Shown here in pieces: positions 1-12,399 of a DNA stretch of 64,000 nt; position 1 is the stretch's first letter; every line of letters begins with the position of its first letter. The notes beneath the pieces are model-generated. The model was not told the DNA's origin. It saw only the letters and a program-made list of their open reading frames with translations, and ran no database searches. This DNA comes from Octopus vulgaris (Eukaryota), in contig OX597816.1 in NCBI GenBank assembly GCA_951406725.2, positions 55,180,001-55,244,000 of the forward strand, written 5' to 3'. Position numbers and translations under genes: made by a program.

Positions 1-526
1 TATATATAGAACACACACACACATACATTATATATACATATTTATATATGGAACACACACACACACATATAAATGAACGCAAGAATATCTGATTCATAAT
101 ATTTGTTCTCATGATTGTGTGTTGTTGGTAGCGATGATAATTCTCCCTATAAATGCAAACAGATACATCAAAGAAAGCCGCCTGACGAACTTATAAAGGG
201 AAAGGGAAAGTGAAAGGGAGTTGAGGGGAATACATTAAATAACGGGAGTGGCATTCTCAAAGTTATTTATGAAGAGGAGTAAGAGAGGGAAAGGAGGAAA
301 TAGCGTGAGTGAGGAAGATGGCCCCTAGCAACCACACCTTTTAAGCTAGGGATTTCTAAGGTAGCCCACGAGCATCGTCACCTCATTCTACATTTCCCTG
401 TAAATTTTGGAGCGAATCGGACGGGATGTAGTGGCATTGAAAGCGATCCAAGCGGTAAAAACGCATTTCAGTTTTATATATAGAGATATATATGTGTGTG
501 TGTGTATGTGAGTGTGTGGGGTGTGT

Positions 527-896
<370 letters not shown>

Positions 897-1053
897 TTAT
901 TATTTTACTTGTTTCAGTCATTTGGCTGCGGTCATGCTGGAACACCGCCTTTAGTCAAGCAAATCGACCCCAGCAATTATTCTTTGTAAGCCTAGTACTT
1001 ATTCTATCGGCTCGTTTTGCTGAACCGCTAAGTTAAATTGAGGTAAACACAGC

Positions 1054-1280
1054 ATATTTCTTTACTACCCACAAGGGGCTAAACACAGAGGGGACAAACA
1101 AGGAGAGATAAACGGATTAAATCGATTACATCGACCCCAGTGCGTAACTTGTACTTAATTTATCGACCCCGAAAGGATGAAAGGTAATGTCGACCTTGGC
1201 GGAAGTTGAACTCACAACGTAACGGCTGACGAAATACGGCTACGCATTTCGCCAGACGTGCTAACATTTCTGCCAGCTCG
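1054..1280 (-). mobile_element. tRNA-derived SINE of the abundant GGCGGCGAGCTGGCAGAA family
   Basis: Reverse complement of the family seen at 2210-2416 and 38764-38996. It abuts the tail of a different SINE at about 898-1053. Confidence 0.8.
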
Positions 1281-1320
<40 letters not shown>

Positions 1321-1620
1321 TCTTTATATATAAAAGTGAAGTTGTGTGTCTGTCTCCTACGATTTAGATTCCTAGCTACTCCCACATGTTGCGGTGCAGT
1401 GTAACCAAAAGCGGGTATCTTATAGTCGTGATTCATATCGAGCCCTTCTGGGTATTAGCGCGCGTCTACGATGAGTCTAGGATTTAAAAAACAAATTTAC
1501 CATAATTTTTTCCCATTTTTAATGCATTTTTTTGCTATTATATAAGGGAAGTAACTCTCTAAAAATGCTTATATAGTTATTTCCCTTACAAACCCGAGCA
1601 ACGCCGGGCGATACTGCTAG
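1321..1620 (+). mobile_element. Non-autonomous Helitron (300 bp)
   Basis: Starts TC (tctttatatataaaa) and ends CTAG, with a GC-rich subterminal hairpin cccgagcaacgccggg. Inserted between A (1320) and T (1621) without TSD. Confidence 0.8.
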
Positions 1621-2209
1621 TATATATATATAGTAAATCCCCAAAAAACGAAGAACTATCACAAAACAACATCAACGCGAGGACGTAGTACATGTGAAGT
1701 ATAAGCAGACGCTCAAGGAAGGAAAAAAAGATGGTTTAACGTTTCGAGCAACGCTCTTCTTCAGAAGGAGAGGAAAGTCCAATAGAAAAGGAAGACGGAG
1801 GAAAAAATCGCCAATAATTCCCATGATATATTTTGAAATGACCCGAAGGGAATGGGTGAAGAAAAGCTTCAGTCCAAGACAGGAGAGTGTTAGTGAATGA
1901 GGTATGTGTGTGTATGTATGGGTATGTTCGTGCGCTAAAGCCTCTGAGTGTATGTGTGTGTATGTGTGTGTATGTGTGTGTGCACGTGGAGTTGTGTGAA
2001 GGTATATGTACATGTGCGTGTAGCTGAATGTGCATATATGTGTGCGTGTGCATGTATGTATGTAGGCGTGTGTATGTGTGTGTGCGTAGTGCTGTGTGCG
2101 CTAGGTATGTGTGCATTCCTGTGCGTGTGTGCGCGTGCGTTTGTGTGTGCGTGTGTGTGTATGCATGTAGTGTTGTGTGTGTGTGTGGTATGAGTAGGAG
2201 GTATATGTG

Positions 2210-2416
2210 AAGGCGGCGAGCTGGCAGAAACGTTAGCGCGCCGGGCGAAATGCTTAGCGGTATTTCGTCTGCTGCTACGTTCTGAGTTCAAATTCCGCCG
2301 AGGTCGACTTTGCCTTTCATCCTTTCGGAGTCGATTAAATAAGTACCAGTTACGCACTGGGGTCGATGTCTGTCCCCTCTGTATTTAGCCCCTTGTGGGT
2401 AGTAAAGAAATAGGTA
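2210..2416 (+). mobile_element. tRNA-derived SINE with TSD
   Basis: Family head aggcggcgagctggcagaaacgttagc, B-box-like gagttcaaattcc, central gtcgactttgcctttcatcctttcgg. Flanking direct repeat aggtatatgtga. Confidence 0.85.
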
Positions 2417-2489
2417 TATGTGAGTATATGTGCATTCATGTTTGTGTGTGTGCGTGTATGTATGCGTGTGTGTGTATATATGCATTATC

Positions 2490-2710
2490 AGTTGAAGAAT
2501 TGACAATAAATCTTAGTTCAAACCATACAACTGCTCATCGTCATATTCAACAACTTGGAAAGGTTCCTAAACTTGGAAAATGGGTGCCTCATGAATTGTC
2601 CGAAAGCAACCGCATATCCCGAGTTGACATGTGCTCTTTTCTCCATTCTCGCGAACTCATTTCACCCTTTTTGCATAGACTTGTGACGTGTGACGAAAAA
2701 TTGATCTTCT
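2490..2710 (+). mobile_element. mariner transposase fragment
   Basis: LGKWVPHELSE and LVTCDEK: the mariner WVPHEL motif plus the first catalytic D motif. Confidence 0.85.
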
Positions 2711-3543
2711 TCTTAATCGAGATACACTGTGGCAGTGGGGTAGGTTTGGTAGTAATTCTAACAGTGATGATGGCGGCGTCGGCAGTTCGAATGATAACGC
2801 TAGTAGTAGTTTTAATGATGGTGGTGGTTGTGGTAGAAGTAGTAGTAGTAAATTAATACTGATGGTGATGATGGAGTTTTAATGGAGAAGGGTTTGTAAG
2901 GATAGTAGTGGTGGTGGTGATGCTGATGTTGTTTTATATAAACTTTTTGTCATTTCTTATGATTTACTTTATGTTTTTATTTTCTCTTTCAGCAAATACA
3001 ACATTCAATGAAATATGAGACTTTGAGTCCGTCGAATAAAGACAAGAATACTAGATATTTCAGCCCTTCAACAAGGACCATATTTAAATTATTAACATTC
3101 TAAAACACTCCACATGTAACATATTTTACATACATCTTATTTACACATATACACACATACAAATAGTTTTCCTTGTATACATAGATGTATAATTGAGGAT
3201 ATTTACACATACTAAATACAAATGTAGATATATATATATATCTCCAAATACATACAATCCAAATAACTTTTTGATCACGACAGAATAAAAAAAAGTATAT
3301 ACAAACACAAATTTCAAATATAAATTGATACTGACGTATATCTATATACACGTATTTGTTTGCATATATAATTTCATATATATATACACACACATATATT
3401 ATAGACGCACCAACATACTTCACTACATTAACAGCATTCAAAAATACAAACATCTACACACATATCCAAATTCACAGCCACTCATATACACACATTTCAT
3501 AGATAGATGAATATATAAGTATAATCTTAAGATATTTGTGAAA

Positions 3544-4300
3544 ATGTCTCGTTTAGGGGAAGGAATTAAGCATTTTAATGCTGAGGAATACAAAGAGGCA
3601 TTGTCATGCTTTAACGACTCGCTGAAGGCTCAGTGTAGCAAGGTAGAACAGAATGACATTCTTCAAAGACGAGCGCGTTGCCATTTATATCTTGGTAATG
3701 TCAGTCACGCAATTGAAGATGCAAAGCAACTTATCGAAAACCAGCCAGATTCTACTGCTGGCCACATCTTACACGGCAAGGCACTAACAAAAGCAAAAAA
3801 GTTCGAAGATGCGCTTTCGGCCTACCGTAAAGGCTTAGACGTCGATCCTAACGATAAAGTGATCGCGCAGTGTCTAAAAGATATGCAGAATGCTATTGTA
3901 AAATCTTACGAGCAGAAAGCTAAAGATAAAGACATGAGTTACAACGCTGTTAATTTGTGTACACAAGAATCTTATCCCGGCGATGAAGAACTGGCAGAAA
4001 ACGAAAGACAGATTATTGAATTGAAAGGTTACAATAAACTACCATGTATATATAGTGGTATACCTGATCCAGAACAGGCCCACAAATATCTGCAGTTGGC
4101 CAGGAAAGAAATTAAAGCTGGGAATTTACAAAGTGCTCTTAAGTCGTATGATGTGTCACTGAGTAGAGATCCATTGAACTTTGATAGTTGGACAGAAAAG
4201 GCAATAGTATTGCATCAACTGGAAAGGAATGGAGAAGCATATCAATGTGTGTCTGCGATACCATCAGAGTGTAGGAATTCGGACAACTGGAAACTCGGAG
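3544..4300 (+). CDS. Coding exon 1 of TPR-SET-double-MYND (SMYD-family, SMYD5-like core) protein; TPR region
   Basis: ATG at 3544 opens a complex ORF with TPR-like helices ([29 protein letters not shown]; [30 protein letters not shown]; [20 protein letters not shown]). It ends at the strong donor GAG|GTAAGT (intron starts 4301), phase 1. Confidence 0.9.
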
Positions 4301-4364
4301 GTAAGTGTTGCTTTTAGCTATACTCGTTCTACGTCAGTACACACATTCGCTCTCTCACACGCAA

Positions 4365-4407
<43 letters not shown>

Positions 4408-4435
4408 AATACAAATATACATGTATGTATGTATG

Positions 4436-4490
<55 letters not shown>

Positions 4491-4921
4491 CGAATATTGT
4501 CCTTTTCCATACCGAAATACTACTAGGTGAAATTTGTTGATTTTATTAAATTAATTATATTTCACCCTATATCTGTAATGACTATATATATATATATATA
4601 GATAGATATATTTTATTTTATTTTATTTATTTTTTATCTAGTTTCAGCTCACAAGCTGTGGCCATGCTGAGGCACCGCCATTTAAGTGTATATATATATA
4701 TATATATATAAATAAATATAAATTTAACTTTGATAACTTTGATAGGTTTTGGGCAGTATATGCCCAAGCCATGTCTAAGTTAATAACATCGCCGCCCTTC
4801 GTGGCACCGCACACCTTAAAAATCGGGCTGTCCGGTGGAGGGTGATGATCCGCCGGAGACGGATGGATGCGCCCAACAGGTCGAGTGTCTCCGAGCACAC
4901 ACACACAAACACACACATACA

Positions 4922-4999
<78 letters not shown>

Positions 5000-5303
5000 A
5001 ATATATAATCCTTCAGTAAAAATGTTCGTGTCGTTTGTCAAGCACTCGTATTTGATTCTAGAAAATGTAGAATTACTGCAGCTTACTGACAAAGAGAGCA
5101 GTCTAGGTACTTTTAAAACATAAATGTCGTCAGCACTCAGCGACTTTGCACCAAGAGTAAACACTCGTGCACTTATACTTTCAATCTTAACGACAGACCG
5201 ATTGCCGATGACTTAATTTATTGTGCACCTTTTCTTTGTTAAGTTAAATATACTATTTGATAGTTTAAGTATATATGTATACATACACACATGCATATAT
5301 ACA

Positions 5304-5370
<67 letters not shown>

Positions 5371-5512
5371 GTATGTATATATATGTATACATATATATAT
5401 ATATCAATAAATAATATATATGTATGAATGTATCTTTCTATCTATATATATGTATATATATATGTATGTGTGTGTGGTTGGTAAGCAAGCTACTTACCAC
5501 ATATATGCCTAA

Positions 5513-5548
<36 letters not shown>

Positions 5549-5627
5549 AGAGAGTGTTCACTATATTGATCACTCTAGCACCAGTTAATCCAAGAGGTTG
5601 TATTTTTCGTGGTTGGTTATGGTAAAA

Positions 5628-5658
<31 letters not shown>

Positions 5659-6292
5659 CTTATATATATATATGCCTATATATATATATATATATAGCTA
5701 CTATACCACACATATATGGCTAAGTATATATATATATACTTAGGCATATATGTGGTAAGTAGCTTGCTTACCAACCACATGGTTCTGGGTTCAGTCTCAC
5801 AGTGTGGCACACTTGCTTGACCAAAGACGGTACTCCAGCATGGCCGCGGTCAAATGACTGAAAGAAGTAATATATATATACATATATTTCGTTTTGGGAT
5901 TTGGTTTGCAAGATTCGTTATGTGAGTTCGTGTGTTGAAGCATATTCTGTTGTGTCTGGGGAGAGTCATTTTATTTTTGTGCCTTATAATTTAACACACT
6001 CACCGGTAAAATTTCCACTTATTTTCTTCTTTATTTTTCTAAAATCTTCGTTGCGTCTTGCAACATTTTCAAACTATTGAAAAGGTTGCAAGACGCAACG
6101 AAAATATATGTAGTAAATGAAAAAAAAAAAAGGTTCAAAAACAAAAAAAAAAAAACAATATGAGGACGTTGTATACGTGAATTATTAGCAGACGCTCAGG
6201 GAAGGAAAGAAATGCGGTTTTACGCTTGGAGCATTATTCAGTTTTATTTCAAAATGTATGTATGCATGTGTGAGTGAATACATGTATAAATG

Positions 6293-6328
<36 letters not shown>

Positions 6329-6445
6329 TTTGTGTAATAATAATAATAAATATTAGGGAATAATTTAATATAATATATATATATATATATGCATATACAT
6401 ATGCATATATATATGTATATATATGTATGTGTATATATATGTGTG

Positions 6446-6496
<51 letters not shown>

Positions 6497-6900
6497 ATAA
6501 TAAATATTAGGGAATAATTTAATATAATATATATATATGCATATACATATGCATATATATATGTATATATATGTATGTGTATATATATGTGTGTATGTAT
6601 ATATATACATATATATAATTATGCACACACACGCACAGACATATAGACTTAAGCTCATAACTACAAAACCGAGTGCCGGTAAATAGCCCGTGGACTGTCA
6701 AAGGTAGAACAGGTGCGAATGCAAATGCGAATGCACACATGCATATATGCGTGCGTTTTTATCGACATCAATCAAAACTGCTTTTGCTGTATCCCACTAT
6801 GTTTCTTCACTTAGCGGTTCGATTGATAAAATAATTTATTAGATGTCAGACCACTTTCTATGTCATTGATTGGAAAATGTGATCGTATAAACACCACACA

Positions 6901-6919
6901 CATCTATCTATCTATCTAC

Positions 6920-7002
<83 letters not shown>

Positions 7003-7027
7003 CCTACCTACCTACCTACCTACCTAC

Positions 7028-7115
<88 letters not shown>

Positions 7116-7143
7116 TCATCTGTCTGTCTGTCTATCTATCTAT
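6901..7143. repeat. (TCTA)n/(CCTA)n microsatellite
   Basis: Direct reading. A similar array lies at about 41941-42190. Confidence 0.95.
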
Positions 7144-7389
7144 TCATATATATATATATATAATATATATCCATCTCTCTCTGCCCCTATCTCTCTCTTT
7201 CCCTCTCTGTCTCCCTCTTTATCTCTCACTCTCTCTATATATGTTTATATATGCATATTTATATACATACACACACTCACACACACACACACATATATAT
7301 ATACATATTTATATAGATACATATATATGTATATGTATACATATGTATATATATATGTATATATACATATATATACCTATATATGTATG

Positions 7390-7450
<61 letters not shown>

Positions 7451-9195
7451 GTAAATATATGTGACAATTATTCGGTAGCTATGATAAAACTCCGAGTCAC
7501 ATATATTTACAGATAAATTCCTTCTAATTACATAATATTGAGGTGTTATTCATTCTTTTGTTGTCTTACCATTATATATATATATATATGTATGTTTATT
7601 TATTTATAAATGAACCTTGCAAAATTAGGTAAGCAGCTGTCCTGTTAATTATATGCGTTTTGTTTTTTTTTTATTATCAAGAAAATGTTACTCAATGTAA
7701 CATCACATAAGTAGTTAGATACACCACGTGACAAGACGTCCTTTAGAACTACGTAATATCTGAATAAAAATCTTCTTGAATATTCGTTTACTACAAAGCG
7801 AAAATAGTATATCTTGGCAAACTGAACGAAACAAAAGATGTAAGATATTCCTTTACACCTGACTGAGTTATTGCCAACTTCACATAGCAGCATTAGAACT
7901 GATAACGAGCTGGAAACTTGAGTTAGTAGGTGAAGTATTAATGTTATTGTAAGTGGGTCTACAGTGCTGTTTACCTCTAGAATATTGTTGCGAAGGATGG
8001 TAAGAAGTGTGAGAGAGAGAATAGATTTCTTTAGGTGAAACTAGGTCTCACATATGAAGCTGCTTATGTAGAACTAAGCCGAGATTCTGTTTGGCAAAAA
8101 GGTAAACTGATATTGCAGACGGTGTGGAAAGAAATGCGAATTGGAGCAGTAATGAGTTGAAAGAGAGAGAGAGAGGGGGGTAGAGGGAGAAAGAGAAAGA
8201 GAGAGAGAGAGAGAGAGAGCGTATGTTTAGAGTTTGGCGAAGAAGTAAAAGAATAAAAAATATCACGTGGTGCCTGTAACTAAATTATATGCTACATTTA
8301 GGTAGAGCCTTGTTAAGCAGTTATAAATCTTTCTTATTAAAAATGATGTCCCGCAAACTATCATCCCAACTCTTTGGTTCCCAAACACAAACGCGCGTTT
8401 GCTTTATTTATCTGTCTCTCTTCTTCTTTCCACCTTCCTTCCTTTCTTTCATTCTTTCCCATAGTATTTCTCCGTAAGAAATATAACGCCGCCGCATCTC
8501 ACTAGAGATGCTATAAAGTAAATATATGTGATATATTTTGAAATAAAAAATAATATTAATATTAAAATATAAAAGAGAAATTGAAAAGGACAAATCTGGT
8601 GGCATTGAAATGCATTAAAATACAATCTTCATTTTTGAAATATATTTCTCTTTAGCTTTTATTTCTTTTAATTAATCAATGAGAGGGATGGAGAATAGCA
8701 GCCGAACATTTATTTCTGGCTTTCATGAGTGTTGGCAAAAAGGGAGAAGGAACGGGGTGTGAATTCAGCAAAAGGAATTCACCTGGGCCAGGTGGGCTAG
8801 ATGTGTCGCTGCTAAACTGGACATAAGATTAAAATTACCAATCAACAAACCAGAAATTTCCCTCAGTTTCTTAAATCCTTTTTAAATGGTATTGCCTGAT
8901 CCGAAGCATAAAATACTTCTCTCCCCCACCCCCGGGCTTAAACTGTCGTGCATTGGGATAGGAACATGGAACGATAAATTTTGCGAAGGAAACTTCTTAA
9001 CTAAACAGCCCCGTCTTCTTCATTGCGTTCGTTGTAATTTCAATGATGGGTGACTTTTATCTTTCATCCAACCAGGCTGGGGGGAGGAAAATATGAGTTA
9101 CATACCACACTATCTGCACTCTGGTGAATCCCCCTATTTCAGCACATTTCTCTCTGTCTCTGTCTCTGTCTCTCTCACTCTGTCTCTCTCTCCCC

Positions 9196-9250
<55 letters not shown>

Positions 9251-9364
9251 TCGTGTGTGTGTGTGTGTGTGCGTGCGTGTGTGTGTATATGTGTGCGTGT
9301 GTGTGTATATATATATATATATATGCATATATACATAAGTATATGTCCATACTTACATCTATAC

Positions 9365-9406
<42 letters not shown>

Positions 9407-9685
9407 ATAATAATATAGGGTGAAATCAATTAATTTGGAGTAATCATTAATTTCACCAAGTAGATTTCGGCATGTAAAAGCCCCATTCGAGGAAGGTTTA
9501 AGTAATACTAAGTAATTAAGGGTTTAGCAACGATTTGCCTCACCACACACCGAATTTAGAAATAGCAGTCAAAGAGTTATGGTTATTCTTTCTACTTAAA
9601 AGAGAGATCTCAATAAAACCACAGCACTTAAAAGGCAAACAACGCAGGTAAAAGAGAAAGAAATGACGACAATCATTCCATATTA

Positions 9686-9784
9686 AGTCACCTACGGACG
9701 TACGTTTCGAAATTAAGTCATAGGAAAGCATAAAAATTAAATAATTATGTCTTACCCGACTACTTTTCTCCTCAGCGTAGGACT
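9686..9784 (-). ncRNA. Type I hammerhead ribozyme motif with intact catalytic core
   Basis: Minus strand reads agt-CCUACG CUGAGGA gaaa..(long stem II)..uuuc GAAAC GUAC GUC CGUAGG-ug-acu. 6-bp stem I extendable to 9 bp, G-C base of stem II, palindromic stem III ACGUACGU, GUC cleavage triplet. Confidence 0.8.
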
Positions 9785-9851
9785 CTACAATTATAGATAA
9801 TTGTGTATTAAATTTGGAGGCACTAGAAGACATCACCTCAACTCATGGTAT

Positions 9852-9961
9852 CAGAGCGAGCGTAAGCCGTGACCAGTACCACCAAATTCAAAGTGTGAAT
9901 GACAGTACTGTCATTCACACTTTGAATTTGGTGGTACTGGTCACGGCTTACGCTCGCTCTG
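9852..9961. repeat. Perfect 110-bp palindrome (no spacer)
   Basis: 55-bp arms checked base by base, centred on gacagt|actgtc (9906/9907). Confidence 0.95.
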
Positions 9962-11784
9962 GCAGAGTTGAAGATTTTGGCCAAGGTGCTAGCCAAGAGA
10001 TTGGCGCTTGTCGTGGTCAAGCTGGTTGGCAGGACGCAGACATGCACCGTGCCGACCAGGTCGATACACGACAACCTCCATCTCATGCGCTACATCATAG
10101 AGAGGTTGGATAACGACGCCAGCGCGGGTGGTGCTTTGATCAATTTAGATTAGAGTAAAGCCTTCTATAGGGTCGACCATCGGTACCTGGCAGCTGTTCT
10201 CAAGGCAGCCGGCTTCGGTCCAGTCTTCTGCGGGTGGATCGCTGCTTTATACAGCAACATCTGCTCGGTGATATGGGTGAACGGTCACCTTTCGGAACCG
10301 TTTGACATCTCGCGTTCGGTCCGCCAAGGATGCCCTCTCTCCTCCCTCTTGTACGTATTGATTCTTGAGCCATTACTGCGCAAGTTGGAGGCTTTGAGGG
10401 GTATCCCGCACGATCTAGGAGATGGAAACAGCGCGTCTGCCTATGCCAACGACGTCACCGTGATGGTTTCGAGCCACAGGGACATTGACCTGATTGGCGA
10501 GACGCTAAACGAGTACGAAGCGGTGACAGGGACAAAGATTAACGCGGAAAAGACTGTGGGCTTGCAACTGGGCACCTGGAGAGGCAAGCCCATGCCGTCC
10601 AACTGCGTAGGGCGCTGGACAGACGGACCCGTTAAACTGCTCGGGGTCTGGTTCGGTCTGGACCTCCAGGTGGATAAAAACTGGGAAGAAGTGACGAGCA
10701 GAGTGGCACGTCTCACCCAGAAATGGGCCGACAGGAAGTTGTCCCTGAAAGGTCGAGCGGAGGTGGCGAATGCGTACATTGCATCCGTCATCTATTACCG
10801 CTTGACCGTCGTCCCTTGTCCCGACCGCTGGTTGGCCAAGCTGGTACGTCTGCTCTTCGACTTTTTGTGGAAGGGTCAGGTACCACTGGTCAGTCGATCC
10901 ATCTGCAGTCAACGACCGCTAAACGGGGGCCTTGGCATGCCGTGGTTACTGATGTGCAGACATGTGCTCAGGCTACGACATCTCAAGCGTTTCCTAGACG
11001 GTGAACAGGTGTGGTCGTCTTTTGTCAGACGCGACTTTCCGCAGCTCGTCTCTTTGACAGAACTGCAGACCTGGATCAAACGTAGACCGAGAAAGGGCGC
11101 TTGGCACCTCGAGTTCCATCAAGCTCTCACTGCCCTCCGCCAAGCGAGCAATGCGATCGGTTTTAGTTCAACTCTAGCGTTCTACAGAGGGTTAGTGGAG
11201 GAAAAATGGGACGACGTTCTCGGGGAAACTCTAGGCGTTGATGATAACGAACTGAGCTGTCTGTTCGGAAGGACTTTCGGGCCGGGGCCAATGGATAATT
11301 TCCAGAGGTCGCTCGCCTGGCAGTGCTACCGAGGGGCTCTGCCTGTTCGGGATAAACTCTACCGGCACGGAAGTGCCGTCATTCGGGCCTGCCCGAGGTG
11401 TTGCCAGGACGAGTGCTGTCTGAGGAGAGTGCTGTCTGATAGCGTGTTTTCTGAAAGGTGGGTGAATTGTGCAAGAATAGCCAGTATAAATGGACCAATT
11501 CTGAGGTTTCGCCTGTAATTGAAAAAGGTATTATAAAAGGAGAAAGGGGCTCTCTACCCCCCCCCTTTTGACCAGGCTCCCATTGGCTTTTATGAGTTTT
11601 TTCCACCAGGAACCTTTCGTAACTCCCTCTATTGGGAGTTTTTCATTGTTATATTATTTGATTATTACACTGTTTTTACACGATATTTTCACAAACGGAC
11701 AAAACTCTTTGCAACCTTTCGTCCTGTTTTGTCCCTTTATGTTTTCTATTCATGTGTGCCAGCCCTTGTGGCCAGTAAAAAGAG

Positions 11785-11790
<6 letters not shown>
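9962..11790 (+). mobile_element. 5'-truncated Tx1/L1-clade LINE (RT and C-terminal ORF2), inactivated
   Basis: KILAKVLAKRL; LINLD*SKAF (in-frame stop 10151-10153); SVRQGCPLS; YADD motif changed to YAND; KLLGVWF; truncated C-terminal Cys region (CPRC). GC-richer than the flanks; 3' end runs into (TTA)n. Confidence 0.9.
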
Positions 11791-11829
<39 letters not shown>

Positions 11830-11830
<1 letters not shown>

Positions 11831-12365
11831 TATGTTTGACTTTTGCTTTATATTTGTACAAGTTGGCTCCAAGTCTCACCCAGAGACCTCAAGAGACAAC
11901 AGGGTTGGAAGTTCATGTTGTTGTTATGCCTAGTGTGCCATATATTTGGGGGGTGGGGATGTTGTACTAATGAATGTCTAAAAAGAAAAAAAAAAAAGGT
12001 TTTTTTTTTTTTTTTTTAAACCGAAAATTATGTTTGTTTTAAACCTTGAGATTACATAGGGAGTATTTTGCGTAGGATATGAGCAGTTCTCATGAGCACT
12101 ATCTTTTGAACTTCTGCCATTTTTGGGTTTCCTGGTATCTGAGTTAGGTAGCTATCAGCCCCTTTTGCTATCATTCCCAGGGCACCTATGACAACAGGTA
12201 TTGTTTTAGTCTTCAGCTTCCACATTTTGCTGATTTCTATTTCAAGATCTTTATATTTGCTCAGTTTTTGGTAGGTCTTGACAGATACGTTTATATCGAT
12301 TGGGACAGTCATATCAATGAGGAGGCATGTTCTTTGTTTGAAGTTTTTCAATATGATGTCTGGCC

Positions 12366-12370
<5 letters not shown>
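11830..12370 (-). mobile_element. 3' fragment of an R4/Dong-like non-LTR element (restriction-like endonuclease)
   Basis: RPDII..CLLIDMTVP...KLSKYKDL...IPVVIGALG...TAHILRK (PD-D/ExK-type RLE C-terminus). Bounded by (TAA)n on both sides, the target known for Dong. Confidence 0.8.

Positions 12371-12399
<29 letters not shown>

Noticed and set aside
4770-4895. GC-rich patch with minus-strand VINLDMAWAY resembling an RT motif
   Set aside because: Too short, with no flanking RT motifs, to assign.
10268-11518. 416-aa RT ORF as an active element or host gene
   Set aside because: 5'-truncated, upstream in-frame stop, YADD changed to YAND, and truncated C-terminus; a dead LINE copy.
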